This document shows, piece after piece, positions 10,761 to 23,351 of a stretch of DNA of 64,000 nucleotides. Position 1 is the stretch's first letter, and each line of letters begins with the position of its first letter. The notes under the pieces were generated by a model. It was given only the letters and a program-made list of their open reading frames with translations. It did not search any database and was not told where the DNA came from. The DNA is from Mobula hypostoma (Eukaryota), in NCBI RefSeq assembly GCF_963921235.1, contig NC_086108.1, positions 41,356,001 through 41,420,000 of the forward strand. The letters run 5' to 3'. Both the position numbers and the translations under genes were made by a program.

Positions 10761-12462
10761 CACTGGGCAGCAAATTTTTTCAGAGTGTTGCTTCCTTAGA
10801 TATGTTTCTTTGTTTATGACAGACCCCTTGAAGGTGAACAGAAATATAATTTCAGACTACTTGTATGATGAGGGAAGTTGTAGAAACAAGAAATTAACTT
10901 TTATTGAATATAAAGTGTTAAATTGTGTAACAATGCTAACACTTTGCAATAGTTCAACTAAACTAAAAATGTTTTGTTGATGATTTTCATTTGTACTCAG
11001 TGTCTGAGGCTTCTCGCTTAATTGTCAAACAATAATCAGTCAGCATTGATGGATTCTAGATGCCCTGATACCATCTCTCCATGACCACAAAGTCCCGGCG
11101 AAACCGTTCACCATGCTCATCACTGACAGTGCCAAGATTTGCAGGGAATAAGTCCAAATAGAAATTCAGAAAATGAATCTTTAGTGACATGTTGCACTTT
11201 ATGGTTTTGTATGCTTGAAGTATTTGTCAATCAGCTGCATGTATTTTGATGCTCTGTAGTTGCCAAGAAAATTTTCAACGACATCCTTGAATGCCTTCCA
11301 TGTGATTTTCTCCAGTTCCACTAGAGGTTCTTCGAATTGCTTGTCATTGATGACCTGTTTGATTTGCGGACCAATAAAAATGCTTTCCTTAATCTTGGCA
11401 TCAGTTATTCTAGAAAATATCCATCTCAAATACTGAAATCCTTAATGGAAATTTTTGTGCCTGGTGACAGCAGATTCCATCCTTGTAGTCTGTACCCAGT
11501 AATTCTACTTTTGCCTTTGACAAACCCAAATCTCTGATCAGGTCATTAAACTCAGACTGAGTTATCAGATGAAGCTCACTCAACATAAAGGGTTCAAAAT
11601 CTGTATCAGTGTCTTCTTTCATTCCTGGCTCGTGCATCATGGCATCTGCCTTCTCTAGACTTCAAGTCCCTGGTGGCTTCAGTACTGGAAGACTATCGGT
11701 GTGTGACCCAGGAAGGGAGATTGGGGTATTCAGTGGATTTCTTGTTTTAGCAGAGAGACCAGACACACTGGTCAGACAGAAGTAGCAGTCTGTCACATGA
11801 TCCTTCTGCTCTCGCTGTATCATCGGAACAGCGAATGGCATTGACTTCCGAGTACCTCTGAGCCAAGCTCTAAGATCGACATCACATGTTGCACAACAAA
11901 TGTGAGGAGCCCAGGCTTTGTCTTGGTCACCAATTTTACACCTGCAGTAGAGCTCATAGGCTTTGTTAATAAGAGGAGTCATGCTCCATCTTAGGGACTT
12001 AAGCGTATACTCACCACAAATATAACAAAAAGTATCGCAGCTGTTGCAATATTGTTGAGACATTTTGCTATCACAAATACTCCTGAAAATACACTTACTT
12101 TATTATAATGAGTACTCACAATATGGTATGCGCATAGAGTGTGTGCATCAACATGACTACAAACCAATAAAGATGTAAATGTAATGCTTAGAACAGGATG
12201 CTTTTATAGCCTTTCTAAAACCTGTCCTACCATGCAGCAACTGCCCTGCCTAAGCATGCCCAGGCATGTACGGACAAGATAGAAAACTTTTCAGCAACAT
12301 TTTAACTGACTTGAATTATGAACTGAAATAACAAACATAGGCAATTTCAAAAAAAATGGTGCGTGATAGGGAAATTTCGAGGCAACTTTCATGATCAGCA
12401 GCCCAAAATTCGTAAGATACACCCAAAAGAATTCAAGAAGCAAACTTTTTTTTTGTCCAGTG
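10761..12462 (-). mobile_element. Chapaev3-type (CMC superfamily) DNA transposon, internally deleted
   Basis: Ends CACTGG...CCAGTG with ATA on both flanks (3-bp TSD); minus-strand transposase pieces FCYICGEY..GDQDKAWAPHICC..PMIQREQKDHVTDCYFC, ITQSEFNDLIRDLGLSKAKVELLG, AKIKESIFIGPQI..NFLGN, CNMSLKIHFL..SDEHGERF. Confidence 0.85.
10965..12063 (-). pseudogene. Chapaev3-like transposase remnant (frameshifts, stops, central deletion)
   Basis: ORFs 11662..12063, 11410..11640, 11199..11429 plus a manually translated C-terminus at about 11200-10965. Confidence 0.85.
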
Positions 12463-12564
12463 ATATGATTCAAATAGGTGACAATAATTTAAGTTTTAAT
12501 TAGAATTAATTTTCATTGATTTAACTAACACGTGTAATTGATGAAATGAATATTTCAATGCATA

Positions 12565-12939
12565 CAGTACTGTGCAAAAGTTCTAGGCACATATATATAG
12601 CTAGGGTGCCTAAGACATTTGTACATGACTGTAGTAATTTTATGTATTGTACTGTACTGCTACCGCAAAAAAACGTATGTGAGTGACGATAAATCTGATT
12701 CTGATATGGGTCTCTATTGTGGACTGAGTGTAGGAAAGGGCAGGTAGAAGGGAATCAGGGTTGGGAAAGGAGGAAAGGAGAGATGAAGGAGCAGGAGACA
12801 TCAGAGAGGCATTCTGAAATGATCAATAAACCAATTGTTTGGAATCAAATTATTTTGTTTGGTGTCTCAGGGATTGATATGTCTGCACCCGTGCTACACC
12901 CCGCCTGTGATGTTCCACCATCACCATTCCCAACATCTT

Positions 12940-13013
<74 letters not shown>

Positions 13014-13042
13014 TGTGTGCCTAAGACCTTTGCACACTATTG
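12565..13042. mobile_element. Tc1/mariner-type composite MITE with TA flanks
   Basis: TA|CAGTACTGTGCAAAAGTTCTAGGCAC ... GTGCCTAAGACCTTTGCACACTATTG|TA; contains an extra internal TIR, a LINE tail and a (TA)n(TG)n tract. Confidence 0.8.
12939..13020. repeat. (TA)n(TG)n microsatellite inside MITE
   Basis: Direct reading. Confidence 0.95.
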
Positions 13043-13819
13043 TACCTTTAATTTGTCCTAGTTTTTGTTGAGGACCTCCTCCCTGAATTCTCCAACTGCA
13101 TTGTCCTTCTCCTTTATGAACAGATAAGAGCTGAGCATTATCTACTCGCTCCATGCAGACTGACCCTTTAGTCACCATTATTTATGACAGCCCTGTGCTC
13201 CAAGCGTTTTATCGTGAGGAGGAGCCTACAGGAATTTGCATTCACAATTCTCTCCTTGTCGATTACTCCTTGCCAGAAGAGTATGTCTTTTCCAATCTCA
13301 ATGTTTAAGTCATCAAGGAGGATCAATTTTACCATCATTTTTACCAGAAACAAAGACGAAGTTTTTCACCAGTATCTCATAATCATCATGTTACTACTTA
13401 GAGTAGATTTTTGAGCATAAGTTGGCCATATTTTGCCAATTACAATGGTAACAACATTTGAAAGATGTTTGGGATGTCCTGGGGAAAGTATCTATGTTTT
13501 ATACATTAAATTTCCTTTTCACCCGTAAAAAATGTATATGCCAGTATCTTTATTACAAACTTACATGAGTGCCATTTATCCATCATCACTGATATCCACA
13601 AAGGCATGAAGTGTGAAAGGAATTATTCTGTTATTATTAAGACTGAATGAATATGACATATAGTTTACTGCATTTCAGTAGACAGTTAAGAGTCACATAA
13701 TCTGCAGATATATTGGTTAAAATCCCTACCTTGTAGGTTTGGAGATATATATATTGAACGTCTCAGACTGAAGCGTTGAAAAGCATTCTGCAAGTAAACA
13801 TCTTTTGTTATGGTATTAA

Positions 13820-14440
13820 TATTGATTTATTATTGTAACATGTATCAAGATACAGTAAAAAACTTGTCTTACATACCATTCATACAGATTCTACAGTGTA
13901 TTGAAGCAGAATAAGCTAAAACAATAACAATGCAGAACAAAGTATAAAAGCTACTGAAAAAGTACAGTGCAGGTAAACGATGATGTGCAAGCTCATAACG
14001 AGATAGATTGTAAGGTCAGGAGTCCATCTTATCATACAAGAGGTCCATTCAAGAATCTGATTACAGTGGGATAGAAGCTCCATTGAGCCTGGTGGTACCT
14101 GCCTTCAGGCTTTGGGAGAGGAGAGAAGAGAGAGCGTCCAGTGTAGGTCAGTTCTTTGTTTATGCTGGCTGCTTTACTGAGACAGCACTAAGTATAGACA
14201 GAGTCCATAGAGAAAAGTCTGGTTCCTGTGAGATGGTGAGTTGTGCCCACAACACTGCAATTTTTTTGTGGTCACATGCAGAGCATTTACCATCTCAAGC
14301 CATCATGGATCCAGACAGAATTCAATTTCTATGGTGCCTCAATAAAAATTGGTCAGGGTCGACAGGGACACGCCAAATATCTTTAGCCTCTTGAGGAAGT
14401 AGAAGCATTGATGAGCTTTCCTCACCATAACATCAGCATG
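13820..14440 (-). mobile_element. Degenerate Rex1/Babar-type LINE 3' fragment
   Basis: TTAGCCTCTTGAGGAAGTAGAAGCATTGATGAGCTTTC matches the KAxQxLYFLRRL region; LINE tail near 13825. Confidence 0.65.
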
Positions 14441-14497
14441 GTATTAAGTAAATTCTAAAATTACAATTGTTATAAAAGAAAAGATCTAGTTAATATA

Positions 14498-15028
14498 CAC
14501 TCAGTGGGCACTTTATTAGCTAAAGGAATGGAACCTGTATGGTCTTCTGTAGCTGTAGCCCATCCATTTGATGTGTTGTGTATTCAAAGATGCTCTTCCT
14601 TACACCTCTGTTAGGTAACATATGGTTATTTGAGTTACTGCTGCCTTCAGGACAGCTAGAATCAGTCTGGCCATTCTCCTCTGTCCTCTCTCATTAACAA
14701 GGCATTTGTGCCCACAGAACTGCCACTCGCTGGATTTTTTTGTTTTGTTTTTCACACCATTCTACTTAAAGGCTAGAAACTGCTGTGTGTGAAAATCCCA
14801 GGGGTCAACTGTTTCTGAGATACTCAAACCACCCTGTCTGGCACCAATAATCATTCTGCAGTCAAAGTCACCTCAATCACATTCCTTTCCAATTCTGATG
14901 TTTGGTCTGACAACTGAAACTGATGACCATGTCTGCATGCTTTTCTGCATTGAGCTGCTGCCACATGATTGGCTGATTAGATATTTGCATGAACAAGCAA
15001 GTGTGCCTAATAAATTAGCCACTGTGCA
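14498..15028. mobile_element. Tc1/mariner-type non-autonomous DNA transposon
   Basis: TA|CACTCAGTGGGCACTTTATTAG at left and CTAATAAATTAGCCACTGTG near right form imperfect TIRs; no ORF. Confidence 0.72.
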
Positions 15029-15292
15029 TATCTATGTAAGATGCAACTCACATTCTAGCCTCGAATCCTACTTTCATAACCAACTATATACAGAAAATTA
15101 CTTAAAATTGATTTGATTGTCTGCAATTCATGGTTATGGAAGGGTGGATTTAGAAATGCCACATTTCACTCATTTTATTTTGTCTTATACTTGAAAGCTA
15201 AAGGAATAAGCCAATTATTTTTTTCTCCTTTTAGGAAATGTATTCAGGGTAACATAAAATACTTTGTAATTGGCATTGTAATTTGCACTTAT

Positions 15293-15410
15293 ATAAGATC
15301 ATAAGACATAGAAGCAGAATTAGGCCATTCAGCCCATCGACTCTGCTCCGCCATTCCATCATGGCTGATCCCGGATCCCACTCAACCCCGTACACCTGCC
15401 TTCTCACAGT
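15293..15410 (-). mobile_element. CR1 3' tail fragment
   Basis: ATAAGATCATAAGACATAGAAGCAGAATTAGGCCATTCAGCCC, reverse complement of CR1 tail; matches 37546-37670. Confidence 0.8.
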
Positions 15411-15419
15411 TGTTGTTGA

Positions 15420-17712
15420 GTTGTTGATGAGGCTACACTTGGATTATTGTATACATTTTTGAATACCCTGATATAGTAAAAAGATTGTCAAGCTGGTAGG
15501 GATACAGTAGAGATTTACAAGGATGCTGCTTGGACTAGTGGACCTGAATTATAGGGAGGGAGAAGTTGGCCACACTGGATCTTTATTCCCTGGTGAATGA
15601 CCTCACAGAATTTTATAAAGTTATGAGGGGTATGGATAAGTTGGTATGTCACAGTCTTTTCCCCAGAGTTAGGGAGTCCAAAATTAGAGGGCAGAAATAA
15701 GGTATGAGGGGAAAGATTTAAAAGAGACCTGAGAGAACGAGGTTGGAGGCGACATTGGATGCATGGCAACTCTGGCAGGATCTGCAAGACAATACTTCCT
15801 ACAAAGCGAAACTCAATTACATGATTGGTAGTGCTGCTTCGCTACCAGATGTACTCAACGCCTTCTATGCCTACTTTGAATGGAAGAACACAACTACAGC
15901 TGTGAAGATCCCTGCTGCACCTGATGACCCTGTGATCTCCGTCTCAGAGACTGATGTTAGACTGTCTTTAAAGAGAGTGAACACTCACAAGGCAGAAGGT
16001 CCCGATGGAGTACCTGGAAAGGCTCTGAAAACCTGTGCCAACCAACTAGCGGGAGTATTCAGGGACATTTTCAACCTCTCACTGCTACAGGCAGAAGTTC
16101 CCACTTGCTTCAAAAAGGCAACAATTATACCAGTACCTAAGAAGAATAATGTGGGCTGCCTTAATGACTATTGCCTGGTAGCACTCACATCGACAGTGAT
16201 GAAATGTTTTGAGAGGTTGGTTATGACTAGACTGAACTCCTGCCTCAGCAAGGACCTGGACCCATTGCAATTTCCCTACTGCCACAATAGGTCAATGGCA
16301 GACGCAATCTCAATTACTCTCCACATGGCTTTAGACCACCTGGACAACACAAACACCTACGTCAGATGCTGTGCATTGACTATAGCTCAGCATTTAATAC
16401 CATCATTCCCACAATTCTGATTGAGAAAGTTGCAGAACCTGGACCTCTGCAATTGGATCCTCGACTTCCTAACCAGAAGACCACAATCTGTGTGGATTAG
16501 TGATAGCATATCCTCCTCGCTGATGATCAATATTGGCGCACCTCAGGGGTGTGTGCTTAGACCACTGCTCTACTCTCTCTATACCCATGACTGTGTGGCT
16601 AGGCATAGCTCAAATACCATCTATAAATTTGCTGACAATACAACCAATGTTGGTAGAATCTCAGGTGGTGACGAGAGGGCGTACAGGAGTGAGATATGCC
16701 AACTAGTGGAGTGGTGCCGCAGCAACAACCTGGCACTGGACATCAGTAAGACAAAGGAGCTGATTGTGTTCAGGAATGGTAAGACGAAGGAACACATACC
16801 AATCCTCATAGAGGGATCAGAAGTGGAGAGAGTGAGCAGCTTCAAGTTCTTGGGTGTCAAGTCCTCTGAGGATCTAACCTGGTCCCAACATATTGATGTA
16901 GTTATAAAGAATACAAGAGAGCGGCTACACTTTCTTAGAGGTTTGAAGAGATTTGACATGTCAACAAATACCCTCAAAAACTCCTATAGTTGTACCATGG
17001 TGAGCATTCTGACAGGCTGCATTACTGTCTGGTAGGAGGGGCTACTGCACAGGACCAAAAGAAGCTACAGAAGGTTGTAAATCTAGTCAGCTCCATCTTG
17101 GGCACTAGCCTACAAAGTACCCAGGACATCTTTAGAGAGCGGTGTCTCAGAAAGGCAGTGTCCGTTATAAAGGACCTCCAGCACCCAGGGTGTGCCCTTT
17201 TCTCACTGTTGCCATCAGATAGGAGGTACAGAAGCCTGAAGGCACACACTCAGCGATTCAGGAACAGCTTCTTCCCCTCTGCCATCTGATTCCTAATTGG
17301 ACATTGAATCTTTGGACACTACCTCACTTTTTTTTTAATATACAGTACTTCTGTTTTTGCATGTTTATTTATTATTATTATTTTATTTAGTTTATTTTTT
17401 TTCTCTGCTAGATTATGTATTGCATTGAACTGCTGCTGCTAAGTTAACAAATTTTACGTCACATGCCGGTGATAATAAACCTGATTCTGATGCTTTACAC
17501 AGAGGACAGTGAGTACCTGGAGGAAAACTGCCAGAGGAAGGAGTCAAGGTGATTACAAATGGGGCATTTAAGAGTAATTTAGATAAGTTTATGGCGGAGA
17601 GGAGTTTGGAGGGTTATGGTTCAAACACAGATAACCGGGAGGATGCTGTGCTCAACATGGACCATTTGGGCTGAAAGGCCTGTTTCCGTGCTTTATTACT
17701 CTATGACTCTGT
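15420..17712 (+). mobile_element. CR1 3' end split by Rex1 insertion (pieces about 15420-15738 and 17492-17712)
   Basis: CAGTAGAGATTTACAAGGATGCTG...AGATTTAAAAGAGACCTGAG resumes as TTTACACAGAGGACAGTGAGT...GGGCTGAAAGGCCTGTTTCCGTGCT..CTCTATGACTCT. Confidence 0.7.
15739..17491 (+). mobile_element. Rex1/Babar LINE, 5'-truncated (RT domain to 3' tail)
   Basis: ORFs 15743..16420 and 16421..17035: [67 protein letters not shown]; ends AATAAACCTGATTCTGAT. Confidence 0.93.
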
Positions 17713-18059
17713 AACTTCATTAGGGTGTATTCAATTTATGAGCAAGAATGATTTTTTTTACTGAAAGGCAACACAATACAATCTAATACGAGAATAGACT
17801 GTAGTATGCAGGCTACATGGCATAATGGTCCACCCACTTTTTAAACAATCATCTTTCAGTCACTTTAAAACAATCTTGTCCCTCCGAGAGATGACATCAT
17901 AAAGAATGCTATACGCTGGTATTAACGAAGCAAGATTTCAGAAGAGAGGGAGTGTTGAGAGAAGAAATCAGGGTAGGAGAAGGTGTTGTGAGCTGTGGGA
18001 CTCAGTGGGCTACTGCTGGATTTTGGCTACTAAGCTATCCCCATCTGAACGAGAGACTG

Positions 18060-18280
18060 AAAAGGGGTGTAAACTCAGCCAGCTCCATCATGGACAGTAG
18101 CCTCCCCACCATTCAGGACATCCCCTCTTCTTATTGCTTCATTGCTACCATCAGGGAGCAGGTACAGGAGCCTGAAGACATGCACTCAATGGTTTAGGAA
18201 CAACATCTTCCCTTCTGCTATCAGATTCCTGAATGGACTACGAATCCACCAACACAACACTGCCTCACTTTTGTTCTCTC
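18060..18280 (+). mobile_element. Rex1/Babar 3' fragment
   Basis: CAGGTACAGGAGCCTGAAGAC...AGGAACAACATCTTCCCTTCTGCTATCAGATTCCTGAATGG matches 17220-17300. Confidence 0.75.
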
Positions 18281-18324
18281 TTTTTATAATACCCATGGAA
18301 CATGTGTAAATTCCTGAGCCATGC

Positions 18325-18735
18325 TCAGAAGGGGATTAGTAAAGGAACCAGAGGATCCAAACACCAGCTACTGGTAGACGAAGCAGTAGTGTGAGACGCC
18401 AAGACCAGGCAAACCAATGTAAGCACAGCCTGGATTGACTACCAGAAAGCATATGACTCAATGCCACACACATGGATCCTGGAATGTCTGTCTCTATACA
18501 AAGTAAACAAGACACTACCAACCTTCATCAAGAACTCAACGGGCTGTTGGAGGACAATACTAGAAGTTAACTGAGTGTGAGAGAGGCCCATCAGATGCCT
18601 AAAAGAGTGGATATGGGCACAGGTTCAACAGTGGCATGACCGTCAGCCACCTCCTATACATCAAGCTGTATACCAGAAATGAAAAAGGCATTGACTCCCT
18701 AATCCACCTGACAAGCATGTACAGCAGAGACATAT
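18325..18735 (+). mobile_element. R4-clade (Dong/Rex6-like) non-LTR retrotransposon RT fragment
   Basis: Manual translation GTRGSKHQLLVD..AWIDYQKAYDSMPHTWILECL.LYKVN and KSGYGHRF..VSHLLY-IKLY (YxDD segment deleted). Confidence 0.78.
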
Positions 18736-20409
18736 GTACTTTGATAATAAAATTTGCTTTGAACTTTAAACTTGAGAGTATTGGTATTCTAGAGCTGTGG
18801 AAATGTGCGGTATATTAAAAGAAATTCTGTTGAAGTACCAAATACAGTAATGAATAAAGTGGAACTACAGGCCAGGATGGCTTTGAAATAAAGAGTTTAT
18901 GCTGTTAGAAAGTGAAGTCAATAGATATGTTCATGGATGACATAATCCTTGGATCTCAGGATGTAGTGAATTTAGTGATTCAAGAAATGGTGTATTGTTC
19001 AAACATACTCATAATTATGATGAATCTGAAATACGGAAGGGGGAAGTTTAACTGGGATCCAAATAGAATATGTATGTTCTAGAGACATTCAGTAAGGCAT
19101 GAGATGTGACTATGTAGGTGAGTTTGGGTCAGCAACTTATCAAAAACAAGAAAGGAAATAGAAACCAGTTAGTCTTGATATTTGTCTAGATTTACATTGT
19201 GAGGTTAGTTCTTGTTTCAGAGTCACAGCGTGCCAACTAAGAACTTCTAAAATTGGCTGGTGCAGAAAGGTTGGATTTCCCTGGAGTGTCCAGCAGTCTA
19301 AGATTAATATGAGATCAAATAGCAAAAATGCATGAATGTATATGAAGACATCATTGAGAAAGAAATGTACCAGGATCCACTTCACATTACTTGAGTTGCT
19401 TATAATGACTCCAAGAGTTTTAGGCCCCTCTATTTATTTAAGGCTAATTAGAGATAGACTAATAAAGTTTATTGTAGGTCAAAAGTCATAAATTTGGTTC
19501 AATCTTTACAATTACTGGCACACAACATGAACAGCTGTCTCCTTAGCCCAAGAATTATACACATTATCTAGTCTCTTCTCTTTAATCATCCTCTCTTCTC
19601 CTATCATGACAGTGGCAATCTCAAACCATAAAGATTTATTGAGTGAATATTATTATGGTATTGAGTGAACTATTTTAAGACTATATTACTTGCAGTAACT
19701 AGATTCTTAAGCTAATTATAAAATAGCCTGCATGATATGAATTTAAAACAAAAAGCCAAACACACCTCATATTTTATCTATTCTGTTGTTCTATCTGTGC
19801 AAACAACCTTTTGTCAATACTTTCAAAGTTCACATTGGTTGCAATCATCTTATCGCTGATGCAAAAAAGTTTTTTAATACAAAGGAATGAAAAATAAAAT
19901 ATAACTTGCTGTGACAAATACTTCTTGTGTTTCTTAATTTCAAAATGACACTGTCTTAATCAATATTTTCTGTATACATACATTTTTTGGAGCTGAAATG
20001 TGGTTTCTGAAAATCCATAAATTTTTATCTAATTTTACATAATTTTTTTTTACAAAAAACTCACTTGGTTTGTTTTTATATCTTGCTCAGCCATGTTCAA
20101 AGGAAAAGAGCTACACTTTTTGATGGAACAGCCATCTCAGCTGCTTAAAGCAATTGTTCACTCCTGTGTTACAGCATCTGATGAATGTGATGAGTGTGCT
20201 TGGAAAGGAGCTGGAATAGTCTGCAGCCTCCTCCAGCCTTGTAGTGACTAATGGAATTTACAGATAGTATTTGCGCTAAATAGATTGTTTGATGCAGTTT
20301 TAATTGTACAGTTTTAATTAGTACGGTAATTTACTAGATGACACATTGAATGTGTTACTTGAAGTGAGCAGTTTATTGTTATGGTTCGTTTCGATTGCTA
20401 AATCAAGGA

Positions 20410-20740
20410 TGCATCTCACCCTAACCATGGACTTTTTACTCTCCTCCCATCTGGTAGGCGCTACAGGAGCCTCCACTCCTGCACCAGCAGACTCAGGAAG
20501 AGGCTGAGGCTGTGACCCTGCTGAACCTCACATCACAGCACTAAGCAGTATTGCACCCATATTGGACTGTCTCAGTACTTTTATATTTGCATGCTGTAGC
20601 ACTTACTTTTTATTCACAGTTATTTTGTAAATAACACTATTCTTTTGCACTTCTGGTCAGATGCTAATTGCATTTCATTGGCTTTTTATCTGTACTCGGC
20701 ATAATGACAATAAAGTTGAACCTAATCTAATCTAATCTAA
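20410..20740 (+). mobile_element. Rex1/Babar-type LINE 3' end with (CTAAT)n tail
   Basis: HP.HGLFTLLPSGRRYRSL..TSRLRK-like coding, then AATAAAGTTGAACCTAATCTAATCTAATCTA. Confidence 0.75.
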
Positions 20741-23217
20741 ATATATTTACAACACTGACTATTTTTACTGACTTTTCAAAAATGAAGAAGGGTCTAAGGT
20801 TAACAATGCCAGCGCACAATTATATCAGGAATTACAGGTATTGTGATTACAGGCTTGGCTGGCTGAATAATTAGATCCAAATATTATTTTCTTTGATTTA
20901 TTATTAAAGCAGTTAAACATTGATTTTCATAGCAACTGTGAAGGAGAAAAGTAAAGCTTTCTATTCAAGCATAATGTTTCTGATCTTCTTACAGGATCCC
21001 TTATTAAACAGTGAACTCCAAATTTCTAGTCAGAATCTTTCTTCTCTGTCTAAAATTGTGAGAGGTTGGAAGTTGAAATAATCACTTAATTTTTTTATAA
21101 TCAAGTTTGTTGTAGGAATTAGACGACTGAGAGCCTAAAGATTGATATGTAACATTTCTACGCTTCAAATGCCAGGTTAAAGAAAATGACTTCACTTTTT
21201 TTTTTAAAAAAAAGAACAGACCAGGCATTTGTCTTACGTGTCTGGTGGGGCCTTGTAAAACAGGGATCGCCTGTATCGTAGAGATAAGTTATAGGCAGGT
21301 TTACACAAGTAAACTGACTTTAGCTCATTAATTTAGATGTTTGAAGAAGGGGCATTATTTATCATATCACTACAGACCACCTCATAAACTGAAGAGTCCC
21401 CTGTTGTCCATTGACTAAAATAGCTCACATTTATAATTACTTAGCAAAGGCAGGAAATGCGAAAATAATTGCCATATCAGACTCCTCAAAATAGCATTTA
21501 ATTGTCAAAAATATCAACTCATTTATTGTGAAATATTTAACTATGACCTAACATATATTTGTTTAGTGCATTGAAGTAGTTGGCCAATTACTACTGAATG
21601 TCATCCCTGAACTTGGAAGCATAGAAATATTTATTGTCAGAGAAAGTGCATCATAATGGGACAGTGAGTATTTTTCTCAAAGAACCTATGTAATAAAATT
21701 CTGCAGAACATGAAGCACAGGACAATTTTAGAGGACACAGAAGCAAACACGGATCTGACTTACAGGTCATAGGGGTTAGAGACCAAGGGAGTGGAAGGGC
21801 AGGCATCAGACAAGGTTTACTGAGATCTTGAGGACTGTTGGGAGAGGTTTGAGAGATTGCAATTGTCATCCAGAAAGTCAGAATTAATCTTGGATTGGGA
21901 AGAGAGATGTGCAGTTTTGTCAACTTGTCAACACTTACCCATTGATGGTGACTTATTGGCTGATGCAGAGGATATCCAGAAAGCAAAGGTAAAATGGATA
22001 TGACCCAAAAAAGGGTTATACGATTGTCATACTATTATTTTCTGATTCAAGACTAAAATCAGAAATTAATAAGAAAACAATTGGGTTTTTACTTAAATAT
22101 ACAGTAGTGGCATATTTGATTCTAGAAACCCTTTGGAACATTTCAGCCTAACATTAAATTCCGAAATCAGATTTTACAGGTTACAAGGTTGTGTTCTTGT
22201 GAATTGTTTGTTTCGTGAACAGTTTGTAAGTCACATCGCAAGACATGTCAGAAGCCTTCCTGCAGCCATTAATCCACTCTGCTGATCTGCCAAGCACTCA
22301 TTTGTAAGTATGGGCTTTATGTGTGTCAGGCATCATAGCTATATTAAGCGAGACTTATCCCTGTGCATCTGATGCCATGAAGAATTACTTTGTGACATTG
22401 CTCTGTTTTGTAAAGGCCACCTTGTTTCAGAACCGCTTGGTCACCTCTGCATGCAGATCAGGATAAATAATGCCATGGTAGGCAACTTCAAACTTCATTA
22501 TCTTACACTTTGTTCTTAATGATGCTCAGTTGAAATATATGTCTTTCAATATTAAATGGGCTTTTCTTCCACTAGCGGCAACAACGTTTTGAGAGCCACC
22601 AGACTGTTAAAGTTTGGCAGACAACTCCTGAGAAGTGCAGCATACTTGGCAGGAAAATAGACTCTAAAATAAAGTCCTCTACCCACAGAGGTTCCCTTTT
22701 TTCATATCTGGACCAGTGTTGTCCAACCAATAAAGACTGATTTAGTAAACAACACTATTACAGCTGTTCTGCGAGGGGTGATTGATAAGTCCGTGGCCTA
22801 AGGTAGGAGGAGTCAATTTTAGAAAACCTAGCACATTTATTTTTCAGCATAGTCTCCTCCTACATTTACACACTTAGTCCAGCGGTCGTGGAGCATATGG
22901 ATCCCTTCTTTGTAGAAATCGGCATCTTGGACCTCCAGAAGCGGTCCACAGCAGGGCTGATTGATAAGTTTGTGGCCTAAGGTAGAAGGAGATAAGTTAT
23001 TAACTTCAAACTTTCTGTATTTTCATGCAAAGAGTTGAACACGTGCATGTGAATGTAATGACAGCTGCATAGTTCATCTCCTTTTACCTTAGGCCACAAA
23101 CTTATCAATCAGCCCTGCTGTAGACCACTTTCTGGAGGTCCAAGGTGCCTATTTCTACAAAGAAGGGATCCGTATGCTCCATGACCGCTGGACTAAGTGT
23201 GTAAATATAGGAGGGGA

Positions 23218-23351
23218 AACAACAGGAATTCTGCAGATGCTGGAAATTCAAGCAACACACATCAAAGTTGCTGGTGAACGCAGCAGGCCAGGCAGCATCT
23301 CTAGGAAGAGGTGCAGTCGACGTTTCAGGCCGAGACCCTTCATCAGGACAG
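23218..23351 (-). mobile_element. Short Penelope-derived hammerhead element inserted in the MITE, 13-bp target duplication
   Basis: ATATAGGAGGGGA at 23205-23217 and 23352-23364; the mirror arm of the MITE lacks the insert. Confidence 0.9.
23316..23349 (-). ncRNA. Minimal type-I hammerhead ribozyme
   Basis: Minus strand GUC-CUGAUGA-AGGGUCUCGGCCU-GAAAC-GUC-GAC. Confidence 0.78.

Noticed and set aside
15210..15255. Strong acceptor TTTTTTCTCCTTTTAG followed by GTAACA as a microexon
   Set aside because: Weak donor and 14-nt length that breaks frame.
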